Virus record (IMG/VR): IMGVR_UViG_2675903330_000005
Span: 1 to 23,430 of that record
From: a virus
Lineage: Duplodnaviria; Heunggongvirae; Uroviricota; Caudoviricetes
Reading direction: 5' to 3' (one strand)
DNA: 23,430 nucleotides
The notes beneath the pieces are model-generated. The model did no database searches. It worked only from the letters and a program-made list of their open reading frames with translations, and was not told the origin of the DNA. Below, piece by piece: positions 9,145 through 17,323 of the stretch (its first letter is position 1; each line of letters begins with the position of its first letter). Both the position numbers and the translations under genes were made by a program.

Positions 9145-9845
9145 CTATCTTAATAGAAAAAATTCCCATGCCAAGTAGGCTCTTACTGACATGGCAACCG
9201 ACCGACGGCGGCTCTCGCTATGTCGTTGGTGAACTTCTTCAAGATGAGTCTGAAGGCTACGAGTTTAATTATCTTACGGATAGCAAAGATTTTGCTAAAG
9301 CTGTGGATAAAGGCTTTCACGGTTTTCCTGCTTTTGACATAAAAGTTACGACTCATCGCAAAGACGTTATGCAAACCTTTTCAAGAAGGTTACCCTCTAG
9401 GAAAAGAGAAGATTTTGCCGATTACTTGCTGACGTTTCGTCTTCCTGCTGATTTTAGAGAGAATGACTTCGTTTTGCTCGCTTGTACTGGCGGAAAAGTG
9501 GCTAGTGATGGTTTTTATTTTGTCCCAGACTTGTCTTCTATTCGGCCACCTTTTGATTATGTCATGGAGGTCGCCGGAACGAGACACATGATTAAGGAAG
9601 GGCGTCTAGCTCTTGACGAGATATCAATTGGTGATGAAGTCATATTGCGCAATGAAGATACCAATACTGTTGATCCGCTGGCCATATTAGTAACGAAAAA
9701 CGACAATCATCTAGGATATGTCAACAAGGCATTGTGCGCCGCATTACGAGATCTTGGTAAAAACCATGATATCAGTGGAGTGGTCGTACGTAAAAATGGC
9801 TCTTCGGATAGGCCTTTGATTTATGCAAAAGTATCTGTTAGATGA
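9141..9845 (+). CDS. Two-domain protein: N-terminal HipA-N-subdomain-like (HipS-like) region fused to a C-terminal HIRAN-like domain
   Basis: N-term ..LLLTWQPTDGGSRYVVGELLQDESEGYEFNY.. resembles the HipA N-terminus (..LVTWMNNQRVGELTKLANGAHTFKY..); C-term ..DEVILRNEDTNTVDPLAILVTKNDNHLGYVNKALCAAL.. fits the HIRAN pattern; start ATGA-overlaps the kinase stop. Confidence 0.55.
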   Translation: MTILIEKIPMPSRLLLTWQPTDGGSRYVVGELLQDESEGYEFNYLTDSKDFAKAVDKGFHGFPAFDIKVTTHRKDVMQTFSRRLPSRKREDFADYLLTFRLPADFRENDFVLLACTGGKVASDGFYFVPDLSSIRPPFDYVMEVAGTRHMIKEGRLALDEISIGDEVILRNEDTNTVDPLAILVTKNDNHLGYVNKALCAALRDLGKNHDISGVVVRKNGSSDRPLIYAKVSVR

Positions 9846-10013
9846 TGCATGTTTATTCATGCTTGCTAGTGATACTGCATTTATAGAGTCTGTCAACTAT
9901 GGAGATTTTTTCGTCTCATGCAACTACATTAAATTACCATTAAGTGGGTTGACGTTGCGGGGGAAGCATTACACGTCAGTATTGGTGCGTCTGAAGTGTC
10001 ATGCCGAAAAGGT

Positions 10014-10121
10014 ATGAAAAAGCCGCTTGGTAACATAACTATTCGCAATGATGTTGTAGGAAGCGAACTGGAAATGATAGCAATGGATGCTGTTGATGTA
10101 GTGTATGTCTATGCTGCATGA
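10014..10121 (+). CDS. Possible 35-aa micro-ORF (MKKPLGNITIRNDVVGSELEMIAMDAVDVVYVYAA) at the 3' end of the cassette
   Basis: ATG with an AAAGG SD-like sequence upstream; ends about 35 bp before the intrinsic terminator; weak support. Confidence 0.2.
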   Translation: MKKPLGNITIRNDVVGSELEMIAMDAVDVVYVYAA

Positions 10122-10155
10122 GTTTGCATGAACGTTTGAGGCTCGTTTTTGTTAA

Positions 10156-10181
10156 GGCCCGCCAGAACTGGCGGGCTTTTG
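10156..10181 (+). terminator. Rho-independent terminator closing the cargo cassette
   Basis: GC-rich inverted repeat GCCCGCC-agaact-GGCGGGC followed by TTTTG. Confidence 0.6.
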
Positions 10182-10225
10182 CTCATGTCATGCAGGTGCA
10201 TGAAAACCACTACATAAAGCGGGCA

Positions 10226-10244
10226 GGCGTGGCGGGGATACGAG
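10226..10244. other. Candidate cos site (19-nt cohesive end): GGCGTGGCGGGGATACGAG followed by CGCGCGC
   Basis: Matches the P2 cohesive end GGCGAGGCGGGGAAAGCAC at 14 of 19 positions and the 186 sequence as I recall it at about 15 of 19; lies between the post-gpA cargo region and gene Q, where cos sits in P2. Confidence 0.6.
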
Positions 10245-10305
10245 CGCGCGCAAACATGTTTACTTGCAATTAATGTAGATATATTCTGAAATTGATAACT
10301 TACAC

Positions 10306-10515
10306 ATGAAAGGAGACGTGAGAGTGGCAAAATATACACCGGGCCAGAAAGTAAAACATGCAACAGGACATGGTCCAATCATGGTAATTGATCACTACCA
10401 ATCGGCTACAATGGCAGTTTGTACGTGGTTTATTGGTGCTAAGAACCAGCGCGGAGTTTTTCATGAAGATACTCTAGTTTTATTTGTTCCAAAAGCTGAG
10501 AGTGATGATGAATGA
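10306..10515 (+). CDS. YodC/DUF2158-like small protein; start may be GTG at 10324 (63 aa)
   Basis: ..KYTPGQKVKHATGHGPIMVI....GVFHEDTLV.. resembles E. coli YodC (..GGPRMIV....EAFHETELV..); AGGAG SD 8 nt upstream of GTG 10324. Confidence 0.55.
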   Translation: MKGDVRVAKYTPGQKVKHATGHGPIMVIDHYQSATMAVCTWFIGAKNQRGVFHEDTLVLFVPKAESDDE

Positions 10516-10774
10516 TTCTCTGATAAAAATAGTTGACTGGATGGTTAATACCACTCGTTCTAATGGTGTGTTGTATCAGTCCGAGGTTGTTGAATTTCTA
10601 ATCAATGACTTTGGGGACGAGTTCATCAAAACTAATGAGAATGGTAATTACGCTATAAGCAGTACTGTGCTAGCAAATTTTAGAAAGGCTAGCAAAGACG
10701 ATATAGTTTGGGATCGTGAACAGTTAGCTTGGCGTTTACGCAATGAAAGCGATTTACCCGGACGGATGCAGTAG
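10508..10774 (+). CDS. Hypothetical 89-aa protein, overlapping the upstream small gene's stop
   Basis: ORF whose ATG (10505/10508) overlaps the stop of the YodC-like gene; no recognisable motif. Confidence 0.4.
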   Translation: MNDSLIKIVDWMVNTTRSNGVLYQSEVVEFLINDFGDEFIKTNENGNYAISSTVLANFRKASKDDIVWDREQLAWRLRNESDLPGRMQ

Positions 10775-10790
10775 AGATAATACAGAGAAT

Positions 10791-10831
10791 AGTGAACAAG
10801 CTGATAATTTCAACTTGTTCACTTCTTTTTT
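10791..10831. terminator. Hairpin terminator between the convergent small-gene pair and gene Q (possibly bidirectional)
   Basis: Perfect 10-bp inverted repeat AGTGAACAAG...CTTGTTCACT with 13-nt loop, followed by TCTTTTTT on the + strand. Confidence 0.5.
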
Positions 10832-11873
10832 ATGACTGATTATTTTCTAAGCCATAATATTCAAATTTGACTACCTCTTCATCTAACCATTCATTAATTT
10901 CGGCAATGCGTTTTTGTAAAGGCATCAGTTCATTCCGAACAAATACCCGGCTGGCTTTCTCCACATCCCCAAACCCCCCTACATTATTAGGCATAATCCC
11001 CATCATCTGCGGCGGCACTCGGTGTGCTGCCATCATGTCGTCCCGGCTCACGTTCTTGATATTCAGAAACTCATCCTTCGCCGCGACTTCTGACAACGGG
11101 ATGATCTGAAGCCCGTCCTTTTTGCCGTTAGGCGAGTACATAAACAGATTGCGGAAGTTACCTGGTCCTTTGGCGCTTTTCATCGCATTGCGGAGGTTGT
11201 TCACATCCTCCTGGTTTTGCGCGGCATCGGTCATGTACATGATGAAGCCTGCATGACTGCCGTTAATGTAATACTTTCGACGGAACAGCGTGGCGGACTC
11301 GTTGAGCAGGGCAGACGGAATGGCAGAAAGATAACCGGGCAGGCCGTAGATCTCCTGATTAATATCCGGTTCCATTAGATGAAAAATGCTGCCTTTCGTG
11401 AACTGATACGGCTGGGTTGTCATACCGTATTGCACAAACCAGTAGGTATCCAGGTCTAACCCGCGTCGGGTGTATTTTGCCAGCGCAGGCTCAAGGGCGA
11501 TAACTTCACCGAATCGGTTCGTGCGTTTCTCCAGGTAGGCGTTACCAAATACCAGATAGTCCTGCACAAAACGCGAAAAAGCCTGCTGGCTGAGCAGCGG
11601 GTGAGGGATATAGGTGCTGGTCAGAATGTTGCACTTTACTGCAATCGGTGAGCTGTGGTGAACGGCGGCGCGGAATGTTCGCGCCAGTCCGTCAAAACTT
11701 ACGGGTGGCTCATACCAGCGATCCGTCTGTACGCATTCCACATAGTCCAGCAGTTCGCGGCGGTCAAGTACTGGAATGGGATCACCGAAGCTGAATGCTT
11801 CGGCTGAAGTTTGGCTTTTATGCTTGAGCTGATTCGTCGCCGCAGCGCGGTTTTTCTTACTCTTTCCCATCAA
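10830..11873 (-). CDS. Q: Capsid portal protein gpQ
   Basis: 347 aa, leftward, ATGA-coupled to P; position and size match P2 Q. Confidence 0.9.
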   Translation of the reverse strand: MMGKSKKNRAAATNQLKHKSQTSAEAFSFGDPIPVLDRRELLDYVECVQTDRWYEPPVSFDGLARTFRAAVHHSSPIAVKCNILTSTYIPHPLLSQQAFSRFVQDYLVFGNAYLEKRTNRFGEVIALEPALAKYTRRGLDLDTYWFVQYGMTTQPYQFTKGSIFHLMEPDINQEIYGLPGYLSAIPSALLNESATLFRRKYYINGSHAGFIMYMTDAAQNQEDVNNLRNAMKSAKGPGNFRNLFMYSPNGKKDGLQIIPLSEVAAKDEFLNIKNVSRDDMMAAHRVPPQMMGIMPNNVGGFGDVEKASRVFVRNELMPLQKRIAEINEWLDEEVVKFEYYGLENNQS

Positions 11874-13636
11874 AAAATCTCCACAATATTGCTGGTATTG
11901 GCGGACTCGCCCTGCAGCGGTTCGTTAAACAGTGCGTGCATCGTTGCCCAGGCCAGATCGGCGTGGCTGGCTTCTTCGCTGCGGCTGGCTTCATAGGTCG
12001 GGCGGTTGCCACTGGCGGTGGTGGCGCGACGGATTGCCATAAATGACTGCGCTATGTCGGTGTGTCCGGCGTCAAACTCCAGACGACGGTGACTGATAAT
12101 GTCGTAGGCTTTGAGTACCAGGGCGTTTTTAACGTTGGGGTTGTAGACAAACTCCCGGACGGCAGGAAAGAACGCTTTCACGTTCTCGTAAACCCCGTGA
12201 CCGACACCTGTCGAGTCGATGCCGATATAGGTCACGTTGTACTGTTCGGTCAGTTTTTTGATGGCGTCAGCCTGGGCGCGGAAGTCCATCCCGCGCCACT
12301 GGTGACGCTCAAGAATGCGAAACTTACCGCCTGGCACGGCTGGCGGTGCCACCACCACGCATCCGGCGCTGTCGCCGTTCTGCGTACCTTTTGCCGGGTC
12401 ATAACCGATCCACACCTCGCGCCAGCCAAACGGGCGCAGGGCCAGTGCATGAAAGTCGGTCCAGACTTCCCAACTGTCCACCATGCACGCCTGCAGTTCG
12501 CTGAGCGGGAACACGGACGCGAGATCGTCCACGAACTCGCACATCAGCAGGTTCTGGTATTCGTCCGGGCTGTACTCCATGCGTAGCTGGTCGAGGTCGA
12601 ACAGGTTACAGCCGCCGCGCACCGCATCTTCCACGGTGACTATCTGGCGGTATTGCCCGTCTGCGCACAGCAGGCCGGGGGCCAGATTGCTGTGGGACAG
12701 GTCGATGTCCACCTTGTCGGCTTTGTTGCGTCCACGGTTGAACAGCGCACCGGACCAGAACGGATAAGCACTGTGTGTCAGGCTGGATGGCGTGGAAAAA
12801 TAGGTTTGTCGCCATTTTTTGTGAATAGCCATACCGGAAGCCACTTTGCGCAGCTCCTGAAATTTCGGTATCCAGAAATATTCATCCAGATACAGGTTGC
12901 CGTGATAACTCTGGGCAGTGCGGGCATTGGTGCCGAGGAAGTAAAGCGTGGCACCGTTAGGAAGCACCATCGGATCACCTTTCAGCTCCACCTCCACTTC
13001 TTTGGCGAAGTCGATGATGTACTGCTTAAAGACGTGGGCCTGTGCCTTGCTGGCGGAAAGGAAAATCTGGTTACGTCCGGTCAGCAGGGCGTCAATCAGG
13101 GCTTCACGGGCAAAATAGAAGGTTGCGCCGATCTGGCGTGACTTCAGCAGGTTGCGGATGCGGTTGGTTTTTCCGGCTTCCCACCAGTGGCGCTGGTAGT
13201 TGAACATGGAGGAATGGAAGATTTCTTCCAGCTTCTCAATCTGTTCATCGGTGAAAACATTCTTTTCCGGCTGACGGCGTGGGCCTTTGTTGCGGTTGGC
13301 GACGTTAGGGTTTAAGTCGGCTTCGTTGCCGCCATTGTTAAACTTGCCGATCCGCGCGTGGCGCTCCGACTGGCGCGCCAGCAGGTCAATCTCTTTGAAA
13401 TCTTTCCCTTCTTTGTGCTCCTTCATAATGAGCTGGCAGTAGCGTGCGGCGGTGGTGAGCTGCATCTGATCCAGCGGCCCATAGTCACCCCACTTGTCGC
13501 GTTTTTTCCAGCTGTGAACGGTTGCAACTTTCTCGCCCAGCATTTCAGCAATGCGGGCGACGCGGTATCCCTGAAAGTACAGCAGCATGGCCTGCCGACG
13601 GGGATCGAGATCTGCGGGTGTCAGTGTGGTGTTCAT
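11870..13636 (-). CDS. P: Terminase large (ATPase) subunit gpP
   Basis: 588 aa (P2 P is about 590 aa); divergent from the O-N-M-L operon as in P2. Confidence 0.9.
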   Translation of the reverse strand: MNTTLTPADLDPRRQAMLLYFQGYRVARIAEMLGEKVATVHSWKKRDKWGDYGPLDQMQLTTAARYCQLIMKEHKEGKDFKEIDLLARQSERHARIGKFNNGGNEADLNPNVANRNKGPRRQPEKNVFTDEQIEKLEEIFHSSMFNYQRHWWEAGKTNRIRNLLKSRQIGATFYFAREALIDALLTGRNQIFLSASKAQAHVFKQYIIDFAKEVEVELKGDPMVLPNGATLYFLGTNARTAQSYHGNLYLDEYFWIPKFQELRKVASGMAIHKKWRQTYFSTPSSLTHSAYPFWSGALFNRGRNKADKVDIDLSHSNLAPGLLCADGQYRQIVTVEDAVRGGCNLFDLDQLRMEYSPDEYQNLLMCEFVDDLASVFPLSELQACMVDSWEVWTDFHALALRPFGWREVWIGYDPAKGTQNGDSAGCVVVAPPAVPGGKFRILERHQWRGMDFRAQADAIKKLTEQYNVTYIGIDSTGVGHGVYENVKAFFPAVREFVYNPNVKNALVLKAYDIISHRRLEFDAGHTDIAQSFMAIRRATTASGNRPTYEASRSEEASHADLAWATMHALFNEPLQGESANTSNIVEIF

Positions 13637-13682
13637 GGCACAAACCTACAGCCTTGAATGAAGGCTTTCCCCGCCTGCGGTT

Positions 13683-13700
13683 TGTGTGGTTGTCGGTACA
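13683..13700. promoter_or_regulatory. Candidate Ogr-dependent late promoter element (TGT-N12-ACA) in the P/O divergent region
   Basis: TGTGTGGTTGTCGGTACA fits the TGT-N12-ACA dyad bound by Ogr/Delta-type activators, about 80-95 bp upstream of the O start. Confidence 0.45.
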
Positions 13701-13778
13701 AATACCGCGCATTGTTTCACTGCCCCCATCACCGCAACCATAAGGCTCCAGTAAGTTTTTTCTAACGGAGCACGGCTC

Positions 13779-14612
13779 ATGACAGTGAAAGCAAAGCGTT
13801 TTCGCATCGGGGTGGAAGGTGCCACCACCGACGGACGCGAAATCCAGCGTGAATGGCTGGAACAGATGGCAGCCAGCTACAACCCGGCGGTGTATACCGC
13901 GCTGATTAACCTTGAGCACATCAAGTCTTATCTGCCGGACAGCACCTTTAACCGCTACGGCAAGGTGACGGCGCTGTTTGCTGAAGAAATCACGGAAGGT
14001 CCGTTGGCAGGCAAGATGGCGCTGTATGCCGACGTTGAGCCAACGGAATCCCTGGTGGAACTGGTGAAAAAAGGCCAGAAATTATTCACCTCTATGGAAG
14101 TCAGCCCGAAGTTTGCTGATACGGGCAAAGCCTACCTGGTCGGCCTGGCTGCCACTGATGACCCTGCCAGTCTGGGCACTGAAATGCTGACATTCAGCGC
14201 CAGTGCAGCCCATAACCCGCTGGCAAACCGCAAGCAGAATCCCGCCAATCTCTTTACCGCCGCAGAGGAAACGGTGATCGAACTGGAAGAAATCCAGGAG
14301 GACAAGCCGTCCCTGTTTGCCCGCGTCACGGCGCTGTTCACCAAAAAAGAGCAGTCCGACGATGCCCGGTTCTCTGATGTGCATAAGGCCGTGGAGCTGG
14401 TCGCCACTGAGCAGCAAAACCTGAGCGCACGCACCGAAAAATCCCTGTCTGAGCAGGAAGAACGTCTGTCTGAGCTGGAGACTGCCCTGCAGGCACAGCA
14501 GACCGCCTTTAACGAACTGGTGAATAAGCTGAGTCATGAAGACAGCCGCCAGGACTACCGCCAGCGTGCAACAGGCGGTAACGCCCCCGCTGACACTCTG
14601 ACCAATTGCTGA
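13779..14612 (+). CDS. O: Capsid scaffolding protein gpO
   Basis: 277 aa; ..FRIGVEGATTDGREI..INLEHI..YLVGLAATDDPASLGTE.. matches the P2 O pattern. Confidence 0.85.
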   Translation: MTVKAKRFRIGVEGATTDGREIQREWLEQMAASYNPAVYTALINLEHIKSYLPDSTFNRYGKVTALFAEEITEGPLAGKMALYADVEPTESLVELVKKGQKLFTSMEVSPKFADTGKAYLVGLAATDDPASLGTEMLTFSASAAHNPLANRKQNPANLFTAAEETVIELEEIQEDKPSLFARVTALFTKKEQSDDARFSDVHKAVELVATEQQNLSARTEKSLSEQEERLSELETALQAQQTAFNELVNKLSHEDSRQDYRQRATGGNAPADTLTNC

Positions 14613-14628
14613 TGGAGCACAAAACCCG

Positions 14629-15687
14629 ATGAAGAAGAATACCCGCTTTGCTTTTAACGCTTACCTGCAGCAGCTGGCGCGTCTGAACGGTGTGGCCGTT
14701 GAAGAACTGTCCAGCAAGTTCACTGTAGAGCCGTCTGTGCAGCAGACGCTGGAAGATCAGATCCAGCAGTCCGCCGCATTCCTGACGCTGATTAACGTCA
14801 CGCCAGTGACTGAGCAGTCTGGTCAGTTGCTGGGGCTGGGTGTTGGCAGCACCATTGCCGGAACCACTGATACCACAGCTAAAGAGCGTGAGCCTGTCGA
14901 TCCGACGCTGATGGTCGATGTGGAATATAAATGCGAGCAGACTAACTTTGACACGGTGCTGACCTACGCGAAGCTGGACCTGTGGGCGAAGTTTCAGGAT
15001 TTCCAGGTGCGTATCCGTGACGCCATCGTAAAACGTCAGGCACTGGACCGCATCATGATCGGCTTTAACGGCGTGAAGCGTGCGAAAACCTCCAACCGTA
15101 GCGAAAGCCCGCTGCTGCAGGATGTGAACAAAGGCTGGCTGCAGAAAATCCGTGAAGATGCACCGGATCACGTCATGGGCAGCACCACCACGGGCGGTGA
15201 AACCACACCGGGTGCGGTGAAAGTCGGTAAAGGTGGCGAATATGCCAACCTGGACGCCGTGGTGATGGATGCCGTCAATGAGCTTATCGACGTGGTCTAC
15301 CAGGACGATGACGATCTGGTGGTGATTTGCGGTCGTGAACTGCTGTCTGACAAGTATTTCCCACTGGTCAACAAAGAGCAGGAAAACAGTGAAAAACTGG
15401 CTGCCGATATGATCATCAGCCAGAAACGCATGGGTGGCCTGCAGGCCGTGCGTGCGCCGTTCTTCCCGCCGAATGCGCTGCTGATCACCCGTCTGGATAA
15501 CCTGTCCATCTACTGGCAGGAAGACACCCGCCGCCGTTCAGTTATCGACAACCCGAAACGTGACCGGATTGAAAACTTTGAATCCGTTAACGAAGCCTAT
15601 GTGGTTGAGGATTACCGCTGCGCCGCACTGGTGGAAAACATCCAGATTGGCGATTTCAGCGCCGCTGCAGCAGAAGCCGGAGCGTAA
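14629..15687 (+). CDS. N: Major capsid protein gpN
   Basis: 352 aa; N-terminus ..TRFAFNAYLQQLARLNGV.. matches the P2 N start pattern; follows O. Confidence 0.9.
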   Translation: MKKNTRFAFNAYLQQLARLNGVAVEELSSKFTVEPSVQQTLEDQIQQSAAFLTLINVTPVTEQSGQLLGLGVGSTIAGTTDTTAKEREPVDPTLMVDVEYKCEQTNFDTVLTYAKLDLWAKFQDFQVRIRDAIVKRQALDRIMIGFNGVKRAKTSNRSESPLLQDVNKGWLQKIREDAPDHVMGSTTTGGETTPGAVKVGKGGEYANLDAVVMDAVNELIDVVYQDDDDLVVICGRELLSDKYFPLVNKEQENSEKLAADMIISQKRMGGLQAVRAPFFPPNALLITRLDNLSIYWQEDTRRRSVIDNPKRDRIENFESVNEAYVVEDYRCAALVENIQIGDFSAAAAEAGA

Positions 15688-15690
15688 CCC

Positions 15691-16341
15691 ATGAGCCTGA
15701 GTCCCGCACGGCAGCATCGCCTGCGCGTTCAGGCTGAACAGGCCGCCCGCGAGGGCGGCAGCGTTCGCCACGCGTCGGGCTATGACCTGATGCTGCTGCA
15801 ACTGGCGGAAGACCGCCGCCGTCTCAAGGGCGTTCAGTCCACGGTCAAAAAAGCGGAAATTAAGGTGGAACTGCTGCCGAAGTACGCCGCCTGGGCAGAG
15901 GGTGTCCTGACTGCCGGAGGCGCACAGCAGGATGACGTGCTGATGTACGTGATGCTGTGGCGCATTGATGCCGGAGATTATGCCGGGGCGCTGGAGATCG
16001 GGCGTCACGCCCTGCGTCATGGCTGGGTGATGCCGTTGGGTAACCGCAACGTGCAGACCGTGCTGGCAGAGGAAATGGCAGATGCAGCCCAGAGCGCAAT
16101 GCTTGCCGCCACCGGCTTTGATGCCGATCTGTTGCTGCAGACGCTGGAGCTGACAGACGGTATGGATATGCCGGACCAGTCACGGGCGCGTCTGCATAAA
16201 GCGATTGGCGCTGTTCTGAGTGAAAACAATCCGGCGTTCGCCCTTAATCATCTCAACCATGCGCTACAGCTCGATCCCCGCTGTGGCGTGAAAAAAGACA
16301 AACAGCAGCTGGAGCGCAGACTGCGCAATGACAGCCGCTGA
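15691..16341 (+). CDS. M: Terminase small (endonuclease) subunit gpM
   Basis: 216 aa, immediately after N as in P2. Confidence 0.8.
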   Translation: MSLSPARQHRLRVQAEQAAREGGSVRHASGYDLMLLQLAEDRRRLKGVQSTVKKAEIKVELLPKYAAWAEGVLTAGGAQQDDVLMYVMLWRIDAGDYAGALEIGRHALRHGWVMPLGNRNVQTVLAEEMADAAQSAMLAATGFDADLLLQTLELTDGMDMPDQSRARLHKAIGAVLSENNPAFALNHLNHALQLDPRCGVKKDKQQLERRLRNDSR

Positions 16342-16436
16342 CAGAACGTGCCCCCGCGCACGGGCGGCACGGGGTGGCGAAAGGCACTGCCACATCAAAA
16401 CCCCGTCCACCGCCCTCTATTTCAGGAGAAAGCAGC

Positions 16437-16901
16437 ATGAAGTTTGTTGCGCCAGAACAGGCACCGGAACAGGCGGAAATCATCAGGAATACGCCGTTCT
16501 GGCCTGATGTGGACCTGTCGGAGTTTCGCAGTGTCATGCGCACTGACGGCACGGTGACGCAGCCGCGTTTAAAGCAGGTTGCGCTGTCGGCAATTTCGGA
16601 GGTCAACGCAGAGCTGTATGAGTTTCGCAGACGTCAGCAGATGCTGGGGTATGCGTCGCTGGCTGAGATTCCGGCGGAACATCTGGACGGGAAAAGTGAG
16701 CGCATTCAGCACTATTTCAACGCGGTTTACTGCTGGGCACGCGCCATGCTCAACGAACGATACCAGGACTATGACGCCACGGCATCCGGTGTGAAGCGAG
16801 GCGAGGAACTGGCGGAATCCAGCGGTGATTTGTGGCGTGACGCCCGCTGGGCCATCAGCCGGGTGCAGGATGCGCCGCACTGCACAGTGGAGCTTATCTG
16901 A
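16437..16901 (+). CDS. L: Head completion/stabilisation protein gpL (start at internal ATG with CAGGAG SD)
   Basis: Position after M; stop overlaps X start; the track ORF's N-terminal extension lacks an SD. Confidence 0.75.
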   Translation: MKFVAPEQAPEQAEIIRNTPFWPDVDLSEFRSVMRTDGTVTQPRLKQVALSAISEVNAELYEFRRRQQMLGYASLAEIPAEHLDGKSERIQHYFNAVYCWARAMLNERYQDYDATASGVKRGEELAESSGDLWRDARWAISRVQDAPHCTVELI

Positions 16902-17104
16902 TGAAAGTGCGTGCGCATCAGTATGACACGGTGGACGCGCTTTGCTGGCGTCATTACGGGCGCACGCAGGGTGTCACGGAGCAGGTACTGAAGGCAAATC
17001 CGGGGCTTGCCGAATATGGCCCCTTTTTACCTCACGGGCTGCAGGTGGAGCTGCCGGACATTCCGACCACCACCACCGTGCAGACCGTCCAGCTATGGGA
17101 CTGA
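16901..17104 (+). CDS. X: Tail protein gpX (LysM-like)
   Basis: 67 aa, same length as P2 X; ..VDALCWRHYG.. motif. Confidence 0.85.
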   Translation: MKVRAHQYDTVDALCWRHYGRTQGVTEQVLKANPGLAEYGPFLPHGLQVELPDIPTTTTVQTVQLWD

Positions 17105-17107
17105 ATT

Positions 17108-17323
17108 ATGACGCTTGAGCGAATCAGCGCCTTTATCACGTACTGCATCGCCGTTGTGCTGGCCTGGCTGGGCGATTTGTCCATCAAGGATGCCTCAACG
17201 CTGGGCGGCCTGATGATTGGTGTGCTGATGCTGGCTATCAACTGGTACTACAAACACAAAGCCTACCAGCTTCTGCGCGACGGGCAGATCTCGCGGGAGG
17301 ACTATGAATCCATCAATCGTTAA
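17108..17323 (+). CDS. Y: Holin (P2 gpY position), 71 aa with two hydrophobic segments
   Basis: Membrane-spanning segments ..ISAFITYCIAVVLAWLG.. and ..LGGLMIGVLMLAINWYY.. and a charged C-terminus, directly upstream of the lysozyme. Confidence 0.65.
   Translation: MTLERISAFITYCIAVVLAWLGDLSIKDASTLGGLMIGVLMLAINWYYKHKAYQLLRDGQISREDYESINR

Noticed and set aside
9823-10017. 64-aa ORF overlapping the 3' end of the HIRAN-fusion gene
   Set aside because: No convincing SD, starts inside the upstream gene, and has no recognisable features; left uncalled
11870-13636. Long antisense ORFs inside the terminase gene (e.g. 12062..12586 +, 12653..13141 +, 13358..13657 +)
   Set aside because: They lie fully within and opposite to a well-supported P2 P homologue and have no SD sequences; typical shadow ORFs of a GC-rich coding region
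14082-16606. Minus-strand ORFs overlapping O, N, M and L (e.g. 14509..15171, 15538..16020, 16253..16606)
   Set aside because: Antisense to collinear capsid genes with clear homology; their Arg/Ser/Cys-rich composition is typical of out-of-frame translation of GC-rich DNA
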